DNA of 63,622 bases, the filler included, from Octopus bimaculoides (lineage: Eukaryota): the NCBI RefSeq assembly GCF_001194135.2. It is 6 parts of 6 records of this genome, joined end to end, with 100 filler letters (N's around TTAATTAATTAA, not from the genome) between each part and the next. Parts side by side here need not be neighbours in the genome. Positions count along the whole stretch, not along the records: positions 62,080 to 63,622 come from NW_026395992.1; 5 more parts are not named here. One strand, written 5' to 3'. This document shows, one piece after another, positions 63,292 through 63,622 of the stretch (the stretch's first letter is position 1; every line of letters begins with the position of its first letter). Under the pieces are notes generated by a model, which saw only the letters and a list, made by a program, of their open reading frames with translations, made no database searches and was not told where the DNA came from. The position numbers and the translations under genes were made by a program.

Positions 63292-63622
63292 GAGACCCCC
63301 TTCAGTCATGACTGACCATGCGATCGCACCTAGAAAGTTACCTTCCGAGGTACAAGTCCGGGCAAAGTTGTTTATGGAAGACCAGTTGTTGCCCATGCAT
63401 ACTGGTTTCAACTCGCCACGCCACCAGTGTTATTCAGGGGAAAGGCAAGCGGGCCGATACAGCTTGGCACCTGTTACGTCGCATTTCTACAGCTGAGTGA
63501 AGTGGAGCAATATGAAAATAAAGTGTCTTGCTCAAGAACACTACACGCAGTGCGGTTCGGGATTTGAACTCACAACCTCGCGATCGTAAGCTCGACGCGC
63601 TAACCACTGAGCCATGCGCCTT
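63292..63622 (-). mobile_element. SINE family D, essentially full length, reaching the window edge
   Basis: Minus strand starts AAGGCGCATGGCTCAGTGGTTAGCGCGTCGAGCTTACGATCGCGAGGTTGTGAGTTCAAATCCCG and is colinear with 29115-29410. Confidence 0.9.

Overview
AT-rich, microsatellite-saturated animal genomic DNA. The SINE families, the (TA)n-flanked gaps and the gene content suggest a coleoid cephalopod, probably Octopus; this is inference. Five 100-bp spacers (44 N + TTAATTAATTAA + 44 N) are artificial joins, so the window is best read as six separate pieces: 1-26684, 26785-45464, 45565-53294, 53395-59705, 59806-61979 and 62080-63622. The only host gene I can support is four consecutive minus-strand exons of mitochondrial presequence protease PITRM1/PreP (58497-58359, 56600-56484, 55665-55533, 54316-54196), with canonical GT-AG sites and matching phases. 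The rest is mostly transposon debris: two near-full-length defective mariners, a third mariner remnant, mariner MITEs, Penelope GIY-YIG remnants, RLE-type (R4/Dong/NeSL-like) LINE 3' ends, an RTE RT fragment, a Tx1/L1-like ORF1 and many copies of four tRNA-derived SINE families. The most interesting signals are degenerate type I hammerhead ribozyme motifs. One sits inside a 346-bp direct repeat (41068-41115). Another is part of a two-copy composite of palindromic tRNA head, (AAT)n and hammerhead (15370-15638, 32849-33036). Also notable are two long fold-back hairpins (40286-40394, 40527-40662) and a 30-bp minisatellite. Most ORFs in the supplied track are microsatellite or N-gap artefacts. No CRISPR, rRNA or intact tRNA gene was seen.
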